A DNA stretch of 64,000 bases, taken from Moorellales bacterium. Lineage in GTDB: Bacteria > Bacillota > DSM-521 > Neomoorellales > SLTJ01. The stretch is from positions 77,626 to 141,625 of the forward strand of contig JBNARC010000002.1 in assembly GCA_049719955.1 (NCBI GenBank), read 5' to 3'. Of the stretch, positions 55,324 to 64,000 are shown piece after piece; within the stretch, counting starts at the first letter, position 1, and each line of letters begins with the position of its first letter. A program made the position numbers and the translations under genes. The notes beneath the pieces were generated by a model, which made no database searches, was not told the DNA's origin, and saw only the letters and a program-made list of their open reading frames with translations.

Positions 55324-55605
55324 ATGGAACGGATCACAGGCATTAATGAGGCTCGACCAAGGCTGACCCAACTGGTCAACTCGGTGGCCGCCGATAAGTC
55401 GGCGGTAATAATTACCGTCAATAGCGAGCCGAAGGCCGTGCTTATCGATTACGAGGAGTACCGGTCGCTTACCCGGGCCCGGGAAGAAAACAAACGGCTG
55501 GCCCTGAGACTGGCCCTGGCCGACCTCCGGTCCCGAGCTGCGGCCGCGGGTATCACCGACCAGGACGTGGTGGAAGAAATCAAAGCCCACCGCGAAAACC
55601 AATGA
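55324..55605 (+). CDS. Phd/YefM-type antitoxin
   Basis: 93 aa. ITGINEARPRLTQLVNSVAADKSAVIITVNSEPKAVLIDYEEY. Strong GGGGAGAAGG SD. Confidence 0.8.
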   Translation: MERITGINEARPRLTQLVNSVAADKSAVIITVNSEPKAVLIDYEEYRSLTRAREENKRLALRLALADLRSRAAAAGITDQDVVEEIKAHRENQ

Positions 55606-55706
55606 GGGTAGTGCTGGACACAAACGTGGTGAAGCCAATTCCTAGAAATCGTCCGGGAAGGCCAATCCTCACCTTAAGACGAATACGCGGACCGGTAAGG
55701 GATTAA
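55602..55706 (+). pseudogene. Truncated PIN-domain toxin stub (34 codons)
   Basis: ATGA-coupled to the antitoxin. It starts MRVVLDTNVV (canonical PIN N-terminus), then diverges and stops inside the 3' end of lonB. Confidence 0.5.
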
Positions 55707-57382
55707 CCTTGAAGGGCGCGGGAAGGCGGGAAGGGCCGCACCAGGCCCCGGGGCTCCTCGATGAGGGCGTGGGAAAGCACCTCGGTGAGCGTCCTTACCG
55801 GCACCACGGTGAGGCCGCTCAGGCGCCGGAAGCTCTCCTGCCAGTTGTCTTTGGGTATGAGTACCTTTTTCACCCCGGCCTGCCGGGCCGCCTCCAGCTT
55901 GGGCACAATGCCGCCCACCGGCCGCACCGTCCCCCGGATGGAAAGCTCGCCGGTCATGGCCACCAGGTTATCTACCGGGATGCCGTGCATGGCCGAATAC
56001 ACCGCGGTGGCAATGGTTACCCCGGCCGAGGGGCCGTCGATGGGCACCGAGCCGGGAAAGTTAACGTGAATGTCGTAGTGGCGGGGATCGAGGTTGAGGT
56101 GGCGCCGCAGCACCGTGAGCACGTTCTCCACCGAACTGCGCGCCAGGCTCTTGCGCCGCACCCGCCGGCCGTCCGTACCGCCCAACTCTTCCTCTTCCAC
56201 CACACCGGTAACCACCAGTTGCCCCCGCCCCTTGGCCACCGGCACCACGCTGGCCTCGATCTCCACCAGCGTTCCCAGGTTGGGCCCCTGCACCGCCAGG
56301 CCGTTCACCAGCCCCACCTCGGGCTGGGGCGCCACCTTGGGCTCCGGCCGGGGCGAGTACTGGCCGCTGTTCACCACCCACTCCATATCCTCCCGGGTTA
56401 TGACCGACCGGCCTTCGGTCACCGCCAGACCGGCGGCGATCTGCACCATGTTCACCGCCTCCCGGCCGTTGGTGGCGTAGCGCTTCAGGACCTCCACCGC
56501 CTCCTCCTCCAGGCGGCAGTCGATCTTCCGGGCGGCGTTACGGGCAATTACCGCCACCTCCTCGGGGAGCAGGGCCCGGAAGAATATCTCCAGGCAGCGG
56601 GAGCGGATGGCGGGCGGGATTTCCTCCGGCAGCCGGGTGGTGGCCCCCACCAGGCGGAAGTCCGCGGGCAGGCCGTTCTGGAAAATGTCGTGGATGTAGC
56701 CCGGGATGTTGGTATCCTCGGAGCTGTAGTAGGCGCTCTCCAGGAGCACCTTGCGATCCTCCAGCACCTTCAGAAGCTTATTTATCTGAATGGGGTGCAG
56801 CTCGCCGATCTCGTCGATGAAGAGAATCCCGCCGTGGGCCTTGGTAACCGCGCCCGGCTTGGGCTGGGGAATGCCGGCCACGCCCATGGGGCCGGCCCCC
56901 TGGTAGATGGGGTCGTGCACCGAGCCGATGAGGGGATCGGCTATACCCCGCTCGTCGAAGCGGGCGGTGGCGCCGTCGATCTCCACGAACTTGGCGTCCT
57001 GGCGAAAAGGGGAGTGAGGATTCTGTTTGGCCTCCTCCAGCACCAGGCGGGCGGCCGCGGTCTTGCCCACCCCGGGAGGGCCGTAGAGGATGACGTGCTG
57101 GGGATTGGGCCCGCACAGCGCCGCGCGCAGGGCCTTGACCGCGTCCTCCTGCCCGATTATCTCCTCGAAGCTCGCCGGCCGGGTTTTTTCCGCCAGGGGC
57201 TCGGTGAGCCTTATCTGGCGCAGCCTCTCCAGCTTCTCCAGCTCTTTACGGGACTCCTTCTCGACGGCCAGGCGGCTGCCCTGTTGGCCGCGCAACTGGT
57301 TCCAGAAGTACATCCCTACCACCACAATGAAGAAGAGCTGCACCAGAGCAAAGACGCCCATGCCTGCGTTCCAGTCCGACAT
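55703..57382 (-). CDS. lonB: Membrane-anchored Lon-like protease LonB
   Basis: 559 aa. N-terminal TM (VFALVQLFFIVVVGMYFW), [19 protein letters not shown]. Position between clpX and lon as in Bacillus. Confidence 0.88.
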   Translation of the reverse strand: MSDWNAGMGVFALVQLFFIVVVGMYFWNQLRGQQGSRLAVEKESRKELEKLERLRQIRLTEPLAEKTRPASFEEIIGQEDAVKALRAALCGPNPQHVILYGPPGVGKTAAARLVLEEAKQNPHSPFRQDAKFVEIDGATARFDERGIADPLIGSVHDPIYQGAGPMGVAGIPQPKPGAVTKAHGGILFIDEIGELHPIQINKLLKVLEDRKVLLESAYYSSEDTNIPGYIHDIFQNGLPADFRLVGATTRLPEEIPPAIRSRCLEIFFRALLPEEVAVIARNAARKIDCRLEEEAVEVLKRYATNGREAVNMVQIAAGLAVTEGRSVITREDMEWVVNSGQYSPRPEPKVAPQPEVGLVNGLAVQGPNLGTLVEIEASVVPVAKGRGQLVVTGVVEEEELGGTDGRRVRRKSLARSSVENVLTVLRRHLNLDPRHYDIHVNFPGSVPIDGPSAGVTIATAVYSAMHGIPVDNLVAMTGELSIRGTVRPVGGIVPKLEAARQAGVKKVLIPKDNWQESFRRLSGLTVVPVRTLTEVLSHALIEEPRGLVRPFPPSRALQG

Positions 57383-57417
57383 GCTCGGGCCCCTTCCCTA
57401 CAGGAGAACTCAGGCCT

Positions 57418-57447
57418 TATTATGAGCCGGTAGCTGTCTTTTTATGC
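57418..57447 (-). promoter_or_regulatory. Forespore sigma-F/sigma-G-type promoter upstream of lonB
   Basis: GCATA, 18-nt spacer, CATAATA on the minus strand, about 35 nt before the lonB ATG. Confidence 0.5.
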
Positions 57448-57462
57448 CAGAAGGAGCTGCCC

Positions 57463-57496
57463 AAGAAGCGCAACAGCAGGAGCCACGCTCCTGCTG
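57463..57496 (-). terminator. Rho-independent terminator after clpX
   Basis: CAGCAGGAGC-GTG-GCTCCTGCTG followed by TTGCGCTTCTT on the minus strand. Confidence 0.7.
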
Positions 57497-57525
57497 CCGA
57501 AAGCGGGGTGAGAAGGGGCTTAAAC

Positions 57526-58788
<1,263 letters not shown>

Positions 58789-58808
58789 AGTTTCACCCCG
58801 CTAGGCGC

Positions 58809-59408
58809 TTACTTCTTGGACAGACTGCGCCGCGTTATCACCTCGTCGATGAGCCCGTACTCCTTGGCCTCCTCGGCGGTCATGAAGTAGTCGCGGTCGG
58901 TGTCCCGGGCGATCTGCTCCACGCTCTTGCCGGTGATCTCCGCCAGGATACGGTTCAGACGATCGCGAATCCGCAGGATCCGCTTGGTGTGTATTTCTAT
59001 ATCTACCGCCTGGCCCTGAGCGCCGCCCATGGGCTGGTGGATCATGATCTCGCTGTGAGGCAGAGCAAAGCGCTTGCCCTTGGCCCCCGCGGCCAACAGA
59101 AACGCCCCCATGCTGGCCGCCAGGCCCACGCAAATGGTGGACACGTCGGGCTTGATGTACTGCATGGTGTCGAAGATGGCCATGCCCGCGGTAATCATGC
59201 CCCCGGGAGTGTTGATGTAAAGGTGGATATCTTTATCCGGATCCTCGGCCTCCAGAAAAAGCAACTGGGCAATCACCAGGTTGGCCACGTGATCGTCAAT
59301 GGGGCTGCCGATAAAAATGATGCGGTCCTTCAAAAGCCGCGAGTAAATGTCGTACGCCCGCTCGCCCCGCCCGGTTTGCTCCACCACTATAGGTACCAGT
59401 GTGCTCAA
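58809..59408 (-). CDS. clpP: ATP-dependent Clp protease proteolytic subunit
   Basis: 199 aa. [25 protein letters not shown] start overlapping the tig stop (TTGA). Confidence 0.96.
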   Translation of the reverse strand: MSTLVPIVVEQTGRGERAYDIYSRLLKDRIIFIGSPIDDHVANLVIAQLLFLEAEDPDKDIHLYINTPGGMITAGMAIFDTMQYIKPDVSTICVGLAASMGAFLLAAGAKGKRFALPHSEIMIHQPMGGAQGQAVDIEIHTKRILRIRDRLNRILAEITGKSVEQIARDTDRDYFMTAEEAKEYGLIDEVITRRSLSKK

Positions 59409-60697
59409 GGCTCGGTCACCTCGATATTGGCGTTTTCGACCAGGAAGTCCACCACTTTCCGGTACAACAGGCTGTCCCTCAGGCTCTCCAGAGCCATCGG
59501 GGTAAAACTCTCCTTTAGCGCCGCCGCTTCCCGACCGGACTGCTCGGCCAGAGCTTCCACTTCCCGGTCCAGTTCCGCCTCCTCTACCTTTAGGCCCTCC
59601 TTCTCGGCAATGGCCTCCAACACCAAATCCCGCTTCACCGCGGCCTCGGCTTCGGGACGGAAGCGGGCCCGTACGTCTTCCATTGTACCGTTAGTCAGCT
59701 TCAGATATTCCTGTAGGTCCAGGCCCTGCTGGCGCAGGCGGAACTCCATGTCGGCCAGCATGACGTCGATCCGCCTCTCCACCATCGTGGCCGGCACCTC
59801 CACCTGAGCCGCGGCCACCGCCTGATCGATGAGCTGCCGCCGCACCTCGTTCTCCGCCTCGCGGGCGTAGCCCTCGGCTAACCTATTCGCGACGTCGGCG
59901 CGCAACTCCTGCAGGGTTTCAAACTCGCTCACGTCCTTGGCGAACTCGTCGTCCAGCGGCGCCAGCACCCGGCGCTTGGCCTCCCGCACCTTCACCCTGA
60001 AGGTAGCCTCCTTGCCGGCCAGCTCGGGATCGGAGTAATCTTCGGGCAGAGTTACCTTGATCTCGCGTTCCTCGCCCGCCTTGGCGCCCACCAGTTGCGC
60101 GCTAAAGTTGGGCACCGGTATGGTTCCCCCCACCAGTAGCCCCACCGACCGGCCGGGAGGCAGGGCCTTGCCGTCCGCCGTACCCTCGTAATCCACTATG
60201 GCCAGGTCACCCTCGGTCAGGCCCGCCTCACCCAGGTCCACCAACTGGGCCAACTGCTGGCGCAGGTTCTCCAGATACCGGTCCACGTCCTCCTCGGTAA
60301 CCGTGCGCACGGTCTTGCGGGCGCTAAGCCCCTTATATTCACCCAAAATCACTTCGGGCTTGACCTCAACTTTGGCCTTAAAAATTAAAGGCTGGCCTTC
60401 CTCCATCTGCACCAGCTCAACCTCGGGCTGGCTTATGGGCTCTATCCGGGTCTGCTCCACCGCCTCGGCGTAAGCCTCCGGTATCAGCCGGTCCAGCGCC
60501 TCGCTGTAGATGTACTCCCGGCCGAAATAGTTTTCTAACAGCGGCCGGGGAGCCTTTCCCCGCCGGAAGCCCGGAATATTCGCCCGGTTGGCCAGGTTTT
60601 TGAACACCAGGTCCACGGCTCTTTGCAACCGCTGAGGTTCTACCTTAACTTCCAGGACCACCTGGTTCTTCTCTATCTTTTCCACCGACGCTTCCAT
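59405..60697 (-). CDS. tig: Trigger factor
   Basis: Start set at ATG 60697 (AAGGAGGA SD): [20 protein letters not shown]... The track ORF extension runs into the tRNA. Confidence 0.93.
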   Translation of the reverse strand: MEASVEKIEKNQVVLEVKVEPQRLQRAVDLVFKNLANRANIPGFRRGKAPRPLLENYFGREYIYSEALDRLIPEAYAEAVEQTRIEPISQPEVELVQMEEGQPLIFKAKVEVKPEVILGEYKGLSARKTVRTVTEEDVDRYLENLRQQLAQLVDLGEAGLTEGDLAIVDYEGTADGKALPPGRSVGLLVGGTIPVPNFSAQLVGAKAGEEREIKVTLPEDYSDPELAGKEATFRVKVREAKRRVLAPLDDEFAKDVSEFETLQELRADVANRLAEGYAREAENEVRRQLIDQAVAAAQVEVPATMVERRIDVMLADMEFRLRQQGLDLQEYLKLTNGTMEDVRARFRPEAEAAVKRDLVLEAIAEKEGLKVEEAELDREVEALAEQSGREAAALKESFTPMALESLRDSLLYRKVVDFLVENANIEVTEP

Positions 60698-60731
60698 AAT
60701 ATGTCTCTCGTCCTCCTTAAGAGCACCAGTT

Positions 60732-60769
60732 AAGATAAAACCTCGGCGTGTCCGGCTTCCGGCCGAGGC
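60732..60769 (-). terminator. Rho-independent terminator after tRNA-Leu
   Basis: CCTCGGC-loop-GCCGAGG followed by TTTTATCTT on the minus strand. Confidence 0.6.
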
Positions 60770-60778
60770 AGACAAAGC

Positions 60779-60866
60779 TGGTGCGGGCGGGGGGACTTGA
60801 ACCCCCATGGGCCTGACACCCACCAGATCCTAAGTCTGGCGCGTCTGCCAGTTCCGCCACGCCCGC
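60779..60866 (-). tRNA. tRNA-Leu (anticodon UAG), CCA encoded
   Basis: GCGGGCG acceptor stem / CGCCCGC-ACCA. Anticodon arm CCAGA-CTTAGGA-TCTGG. Long variable arm. T-arm GGGGG-TTCAAGT-CCCCC. Confidence 0.9.
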
Positions 60867-60943
60867 CCGGCGATTTAAGCCTACCACATCGATTCCGCCA
60901 GCGTCAAGGGGTAGGAGCTCTGAGCGGATTCCCAGTTTGCCTT

Positions 60944-61154
60944 GGGCGGTTCGGGGTCTCCCCTTCGTACTGTCACCTCGCCGACCGAACTAGGGCTCGG
61001 GCTTCGCCCTCCGGCGGGCACTCGGCGGAGGCGCCGTCCGTGGCGCCCCGCCGCTTCGGCCGTCCGTGGCCTCCGGCCCGCCTTCGGACCTGCCCTTGCC
61101 AAGTTCGGTTCCCGGCGAAGTGCCAATGTACTCAGAGGAGACCCCGAACCGCCC
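60944..61154 (-). repeat. Full-length structured palindromic repeat, copy C (211 nt, inverted relative to copies A and B)
   Basis: Perfect 18-bp closing stem GGGCGGTTCGGGGTCTCC / GGAGACCCCGAACCGCCC. Same core as copies A and B when read on the minus strand. Confidence 0.85.
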
Positions 61155-61240
61155 GGCCACCCGCAACCGGAGATAACTCAGGTAGAGAAGGCCGACGCCC
61201 CTCCTTGACCGCGCCGCCGGCTTGTGTTACCTTGGGAGCG

Positions 61241-62215
61241 GTGATCGCCGTGCGCTGGTTGCGGATTTCCCTGCCCACGCCCTTCCCGGTGGGCCCGGTT
61301 AACGTTTACCTCCTTCCCGGGGACCCGCTCACCCTCATCGACGCCGGCCCCTACCTGGAGGAGGCCTGGCAAACCTTGCGGGAGGCTCTTCGCGCCCAGG
61401 GCTTCCGGGTGGGCAGCCTGCGCCGCATCCTCCTGACCCACAGCCACCCCGACCACTCCGGCCTGGCCCGCCGGCTGCAGGAAGAGAGCGGAGCCGAGGT
61501 CTACCTACACCCTCGCGAGCACCAGAAGCTGGGCATCGAGTACCGGGAAGAGCCGCCCTGGCTTCTGGCCTGCGGCATTCCGCCGGAGCTGATACAGGAG
61601 GCGGCACGGAGTCGGGAGTGGGACAGCCGCTTTCTGCAGCCCCTCCCGGCGGTGCGGCCCCTGGGCGAGGGGGACCAGATCCCCGGCGACGGCTATTGCC
61701 TGCGGGTGCTGCACACGCCCGGCCACTCCAGCGGGCACCTCTGCTTTTACGACCCAAACCCGGGCCTGATGTGGTGCGGCGATACCCTGCTGGAGCACAT
61801 CACCCCTAACCCCATGGTGGAGCCCTGCCGGGCGGAGGCCAACGGCCGCACCCCCAGCCTCTCCCTTTACCTGTCCACCCTCAACCGGCTGGCGGACCTG
61901 GAAGTGCGCCAGGCCCTGCCGGGACACGGCGCCGCCATCACCTCCCCCCGGGAGCGCATACGGCAAATGCTGGCCCACCACCGGCAGCGCTCGGAGGAAA
62001 TCCTGGCCATCCTGCGCGGCGCCGGCCGGCCGCTCACGCCCTGGCAGGTGGCGCTGAAACTCTATTCCGGACTTGAAGGGGAAAACATCTTCCTGGCCGC
62101 CTCGGAAGTGGTGGCCCACTTAGACGCATTGGCCAAACGGGGCCTGGTGCGGGAAGTGGGCTCCGAGCACACCGTGTATTTCTCTTCCGCCCCTCGGAGC
62201 GGAGCTTTCTCCTAA
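61241..62215 (+). CDS. Metallo-beta-lactamase-fold hydrolase with C-terminal winged-helix-like tail
   Basis: LLTHSHPDHSGLA (HxHxDH) motif. Start uncertain (GTG 61241 or 61250). The upstream part of track ORF 60797..62215 crosses the tRNA and repeat C. Confidence 0.8.
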   Translation: MIAVRWLRISLPTPFPVGPVNVYLLPGDPLTLIDAGPYLEEAWQTLREALRAQGFRVGSLRRILLTHSHPDHSGLARRLQEESGAEVYLHPREHQKLGIEYREEPPWLLACGIPPELIQEAARSREWDSRFLQPLPAVRPLGEGDQIPGDGYCLRVLHTPGHSSGHLCFYDPNPGLMWCGDTLLEHITPNPMVEPCRAEANGRTPSLSLYLSTLNRLADLEVRQALPGHGAAITSPRERIRQMLAHHRQRSEEILAILRGAGRPLTPWQVALKLYSGLEGENIFLAASEVVAHLDALAKRGLVREVGSEHTVYFSSAPRSGAFS

Positions 62216-64000
62216 ACGCCCACCTCGTCCAGACGGTCCAACTGGTAACGCCGGATTAAATCTATCAGTTTGACCGCGTACTTAGAGTCCGTAGCGTAGC
62301 CGCAGCGCTTGAGCGCCCAGGCTCCCTGCTCGGCGCTATGCATCACCGCGCGGAAAGGCGCGTAACGGCTACCGGTAAGCAAGAACTGCTGGTGATCCCT
62401 CCAGCCCTCCTCCAAATTGTGGTAGGCGCGGAAGGCGGCATCCACCCTGTAGACCACGCCGTTATACTCTTCCCAGGTGTTGGAGACGATCGAACCTGCC
62501 GGCCCCTCGCCCTTGATCCCGAAAAGATTGTAGGAAGGCTGCCCGGTGTATTTGTCCACCGGCACCGACTGGCCCCACCCCGTCTCCAGGATGGCCTGGG
62601 CCACCTGCAGGGCGGCGGACATGCCGGTTTCGGCCAGCACCTGCCGCGCCAGGGGCGAGACCAGGTCTATGAATTGATCCTTGGCCACTATGGGCTGCGG
62701 CCCGTAGATCTTGCCCGCGTACACCCGCACTGGGATCTCGGGGGTGGAAAGCTTTTCCCCGGAGGAAGTGGTACCTACCGCCCGCAAGTTCCAGTACCCG
62801 GCGTCCTCCCCCGCCGGCCGCCAGGTATAGCTTGCCCGCGCATCCGTGCCCCGGACGATCACCCGCGCCGCTCCGGTCTGGGGATCGACCAAATGGTACT
62901 CTATCCCCTGCAGGGGTACGTTAGCCTCGGAGCGCAGAGTGACCTCGCCTGCCAGCACCTGCCTGGGCCCTACGGTGGCCAGTACCAGGCGCGGGGTTCC
63001 CTTTACCTCCACCGCCACCGCCGGAGTGGAGAAGGTGTTCCCCTGATCGTCGGCAATCACCGCTAGCACCTCTGCCCGCCCGGCCTGATCCGGCCCGGGG
63101 AACCAGCGGTAGCCCGACGCTCCCCCCACCGTGGCCAGCACGGTTTCGCGGCCCGAATCCGGGTAGCGCAAAAGGTACTGCACCTGGCGCGCGGAGAAGT
63201 TGAGGGAAACGCCCAGATTGACCGGCCCGTCCACCACCGCGCCCTCCTTCACGCCCTTCAGGTCGAACTTCCGTTCCACCGCCACCTCCACCGACACCAC
63301 CGGGCCGGCGTAGGCCTGTCCCTGGCGGTCGTAAGCTACGGCCTGGAGCGTGCGCGGCCCGTTGTCCGCCCAGACCGGCGTCCAGTTGAAGGGCCCGTAA
63401 GGGTCGGCCTGGGCCAGCTCGGTCACCTGACCCGTGGCCGGGTCTCCCAGGCGGTAACTCACGTAGGCGGCCAGGAAGTTAACCTCCGGCGAAAGGGCGA
63501 TGGTCCCGGTTATCCGCTGCCCGGCTGTCACCCCCGCCAGACCCACCTGCGGCGACACCGCCAGCTCTACCGGCACCACCGCCCCGCCCACGAACTTACC
63601 CGTCCGGTCGTAGGCTGCCGCCGCCACCAGACGCGTCCCCTTCCAGGCCGGGTCCGGGACCAGGCGGTAGGCGGCGTTCAAGTTCTGGCCCCGCGCCACT
63701 ATCGGTCCCCTACCGGTGGCCGGATCCAGCAGGAAATAGCGCACCTCGGCCGGCTCGCCGGGCAGCGGGCCGGTTACGGTCACCTTTAGGTCCGTAGCCC
63801 CGGTGAGGACCTGGCCTGGCTGGGGCGAGCTAAAGGCCAGCACCGGCGGAGCCACCGCCGCCTCCCGGCCAGAGTCCACCCTCACCGTGCCGCGGGCTGC
63901 GTCCCAGCCGATCCATACCCCCAGGGTTTCCGCCACCAGCCGCAGGGGAACAAAGGTTCGGTCCTTAATTAGGCTGGGAGGCACGTCGGTCAAAAGGTAG
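62212..64000 (-). CDS. Cell-wall hydrolase: copper-amine-oxidase-N-like stalk, four Ig-like repeats, C-terminal glucosaminidase (LytD/FlgJ type); 5' end outside the window
   Basis: The frame stays open to the window edge (the TTG at 63993 is probably internal). C-terminus AQAILETGWGQS...NLFGIKG is a glucosaminidase domain. Confidence 0.8.
   Translation of the reverse strand, partial: YLLTDVPPSLIKDRTFVPLRLVAETLGVWIGWDAARGTVRVDSGREAAVAPPVLAFSSPQPGQVLTGATDLKVTVTGPLPGEPAEVRYFLLDPATGRGPIVARGQNLNAAYRLVPDPAWKGTRLVAAAAYDRTGKFVGGAVVPVELAVSPQVGLAGVTAGQRITGTIALSPEVNFLAAYVSYRLGDPATGQVTELAQADPYGPFNWTPVWADNGPRTLQAVAYDRQGQAYAGPVVSVEVAVERKFDLKGVKEGAVVDGPVNLGVSLNFSARQVQYLLRYPDSGRETVLATVGGASGYRWFPGPDQAGRAEVLAVIADDQGNTFSTPAVAVEVKGTPRLVLATVGPRQVLAGEVTLRSEANVPLQGIEYHLVDPQTGAARVIVRGTDARASYTWRPAGEDAGYWNLRAVGTTSSGEKLSTPEIPVRVYAGKIYGPQPIVAKDQFIDLVSPLARQVLAETGMSAALQVAQAILETGWGQSVPVDKYTGQPSYNLFGIKGEGPAGSIVSNTWEEYNGVVYRVDAAFRAYHNLEEGWRDHQQFLLTGSRYAPFRAVMHSAEQGAWALKRCGYATDSKYAVKLIDLIRRYQLDRLDEVGV

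Overview
GC-rich bacterial chromosome segment, transcribed almost entirely on the minus strand. Long stop-free shadow ORFs on the opposite strand are a side effect of the base composition.

**Part 1 (about 1-23.4 kb): accessory-looking catabolic island.** It sits under a large GAF/PucR-type regulator and contains:
- an operon with a split PEP-synthase-type phosphotransferase (PpsA/PpsB-like), a three-part biotin carboxylase (AccC, stand-alone BCCP, 5S/PycB-type carboxyltransferase), a family III CoA-transferase, a cysteine hydrolase and a UPF0261 protein;
- a PaaK-like ligase / DUF2284 / cysteine hydrolase sub-cluster;
- a BKACE (DUF849) module with an Acs-family ligase, two sodium:solute symporters with unannotated micro-ORFs, and two SDRs;
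- a decayed IS transposase and a duplicated SDR 3' stub.

**Part 2 (about 23.6-64 kb): conserved backbone typical of endospore-forming Firmicutes, with clostridial traits (minE and NfnAB present).** Gene content, in plus-strand coordinate order:
- hup, proA, proB, obg, a spo0B-like gene, a TIGR00725 gene, rpmA, prp, rplU;
- a radical-SAM pair, nfnBA, queF, vapBC, a degenerate LytM protein;
- cobT behind a cobalamin riboswitch;
- rodA, minEDC, mrdA, mreDCB, radC, maf, rex, folC, valS;
- lon, an orphan antitoxin, lonB, clpX, clpP, tig;
- tRNA-Leu(UAG), an MBL hydrolase and a partial cell-wall glucosaminidase.

**Interspersed repeats.** Intergenic gaps carry a family of structured palindromic repeats: three full copies of about 211-216 nt and at least eight short or fragmentary copies. 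The closing stems differ between copies but stay self-complementary.

**Not found:** rRNA, CRISPR array, prophage or recognisable defence genes.

**Candidates for something undescribed:** the Pps-like/biotin-carboxylase operon and the covarying repeat family.

The taxonomic reading (thermophilic GC-rich Clostridia-like Firmicute) is inference from gene order only.
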